Shown: in pieces, positions 63,509-64,000 of the stretch
Layout: the number at the start of each line of letters is the position of its first letter
Position numbering within the stretch: the stretch's first letter is position 1
Assembly: GCA_034780895.1 (NCBI GenBank)
Contig: JAUZTB010000068.1
Coordinates: forward strand, 22,759,077 to 22,823,076
Direction of reading: 5' to 3'
Length of the DNA stretch: 64,000 nt
Source: Rhynchobatus australiae
Lineage: Eukaryota
The notes under the pieces: model-generated
The model's database searches: none
What the model was told of the DNA's origin: nothing
Seen by the model: the letters and a program-made list of their open reading frames with translations, nothing else
Translations under genes and position numbers: made by a program

Positions 63509-64000
63509 CTGGTGTGGTCACAATGAACAATGAGATGGAATCATGATGAAAATGAGCACCTTGTATAAAGTGCCTGTGCTGCATGTAGTTGTAGTAGTTG
63601 TTGTACGAGTGGTGAGAGGCCAGAGGTCCAGGGAGTTAATTCTGACAGTCTTGAAGGACGTAGAAGGAACCGAATCTCATTATCCTTGCGCTCTGTTTCA
63701 CAATGCCCTCTGTTCGAGCAATGGGAACCCTTTGAAGATGAGATTGTATTTGACTATCTAAAGAATAACCAGAATACATAACAGAATTCTCTGCTCATCA
63801 ACATGTTACTACCTAGATTATGCAGTTGATTAAGGAAAAAACATCTCTTTATATTTAGTTTTGTTCTGAGAAGGAGGATGCAGATTGCACAGATTGATTA
63901 AAGGGCCGCTTACTTTTGGGCAGCTTTCATCACAGAACTGCTGCCAGAGTAAATTGTAAAATTCCTCCCAGAAAGCATATTTGTCCTTGTGTTATTTTCA

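Noticed and set aside
46600-64000. Exons of a neighbouring gene such as UTP11
   Set aside because: No ORF or exon translation resembling a host protein was found. Very short exons could be missed by eye.
1-64000. CRISPR arrays, rRNA, prokaryotic operons or endogenous viral genes; the many 60-130 aa ORFs
   Set aside because: No repeat-spacer arrays or viral motifs were seen. The short ORFs are retroelement fragments, gap-spanning artefacts or random.

Overview
Vertebrate genomic DNA from a gapped short-read assembly. The repeat families point to a cartilaginous fish, probably a ray or shark (inference). The only host protein-coding gene I can support is the intronless class III POU factor POU3F1 (Oct-6/SCIP/Tst-1) at 42818-43951 (+), 377 aa, lying in a gene desert. 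Its promoter has no TATA box but nine CCAAT pentamers in about 240 bp, including a TALE decamer fused to a CCAAT box. The gene sits in an AT-rich but CpG-retaining domain (about 39.8-45.3 kb). A second CpG-retaining domain with clustered CRE-like sites lies about 9-12 kb downstream of the start codon, roughly where the mouse Oct-6 Schwann cell enhancer lies. The rest is decayed retroelements (Penelope-like elements with remnants of minimal hammerhead ribozymes, CR1, Rex1/Babar, RTE, L2-like LINEs, tRNA-derived SINEs) plus candidate conserved non-coding elements and a few unexplained hairpins. I found no wholly new biological system. The best leads are regulatory (promoter grammar, downstream CRE-rich island), evolutionary (paralogue-like residues in POU3F1) and RNA-structural (Penelope hammerhead foldbacks, two pre-miRNA-sized hairpins). 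Family assignments and reference comparisons come from recalled motifs, not database searches, and most repeat boundaries are approximate.
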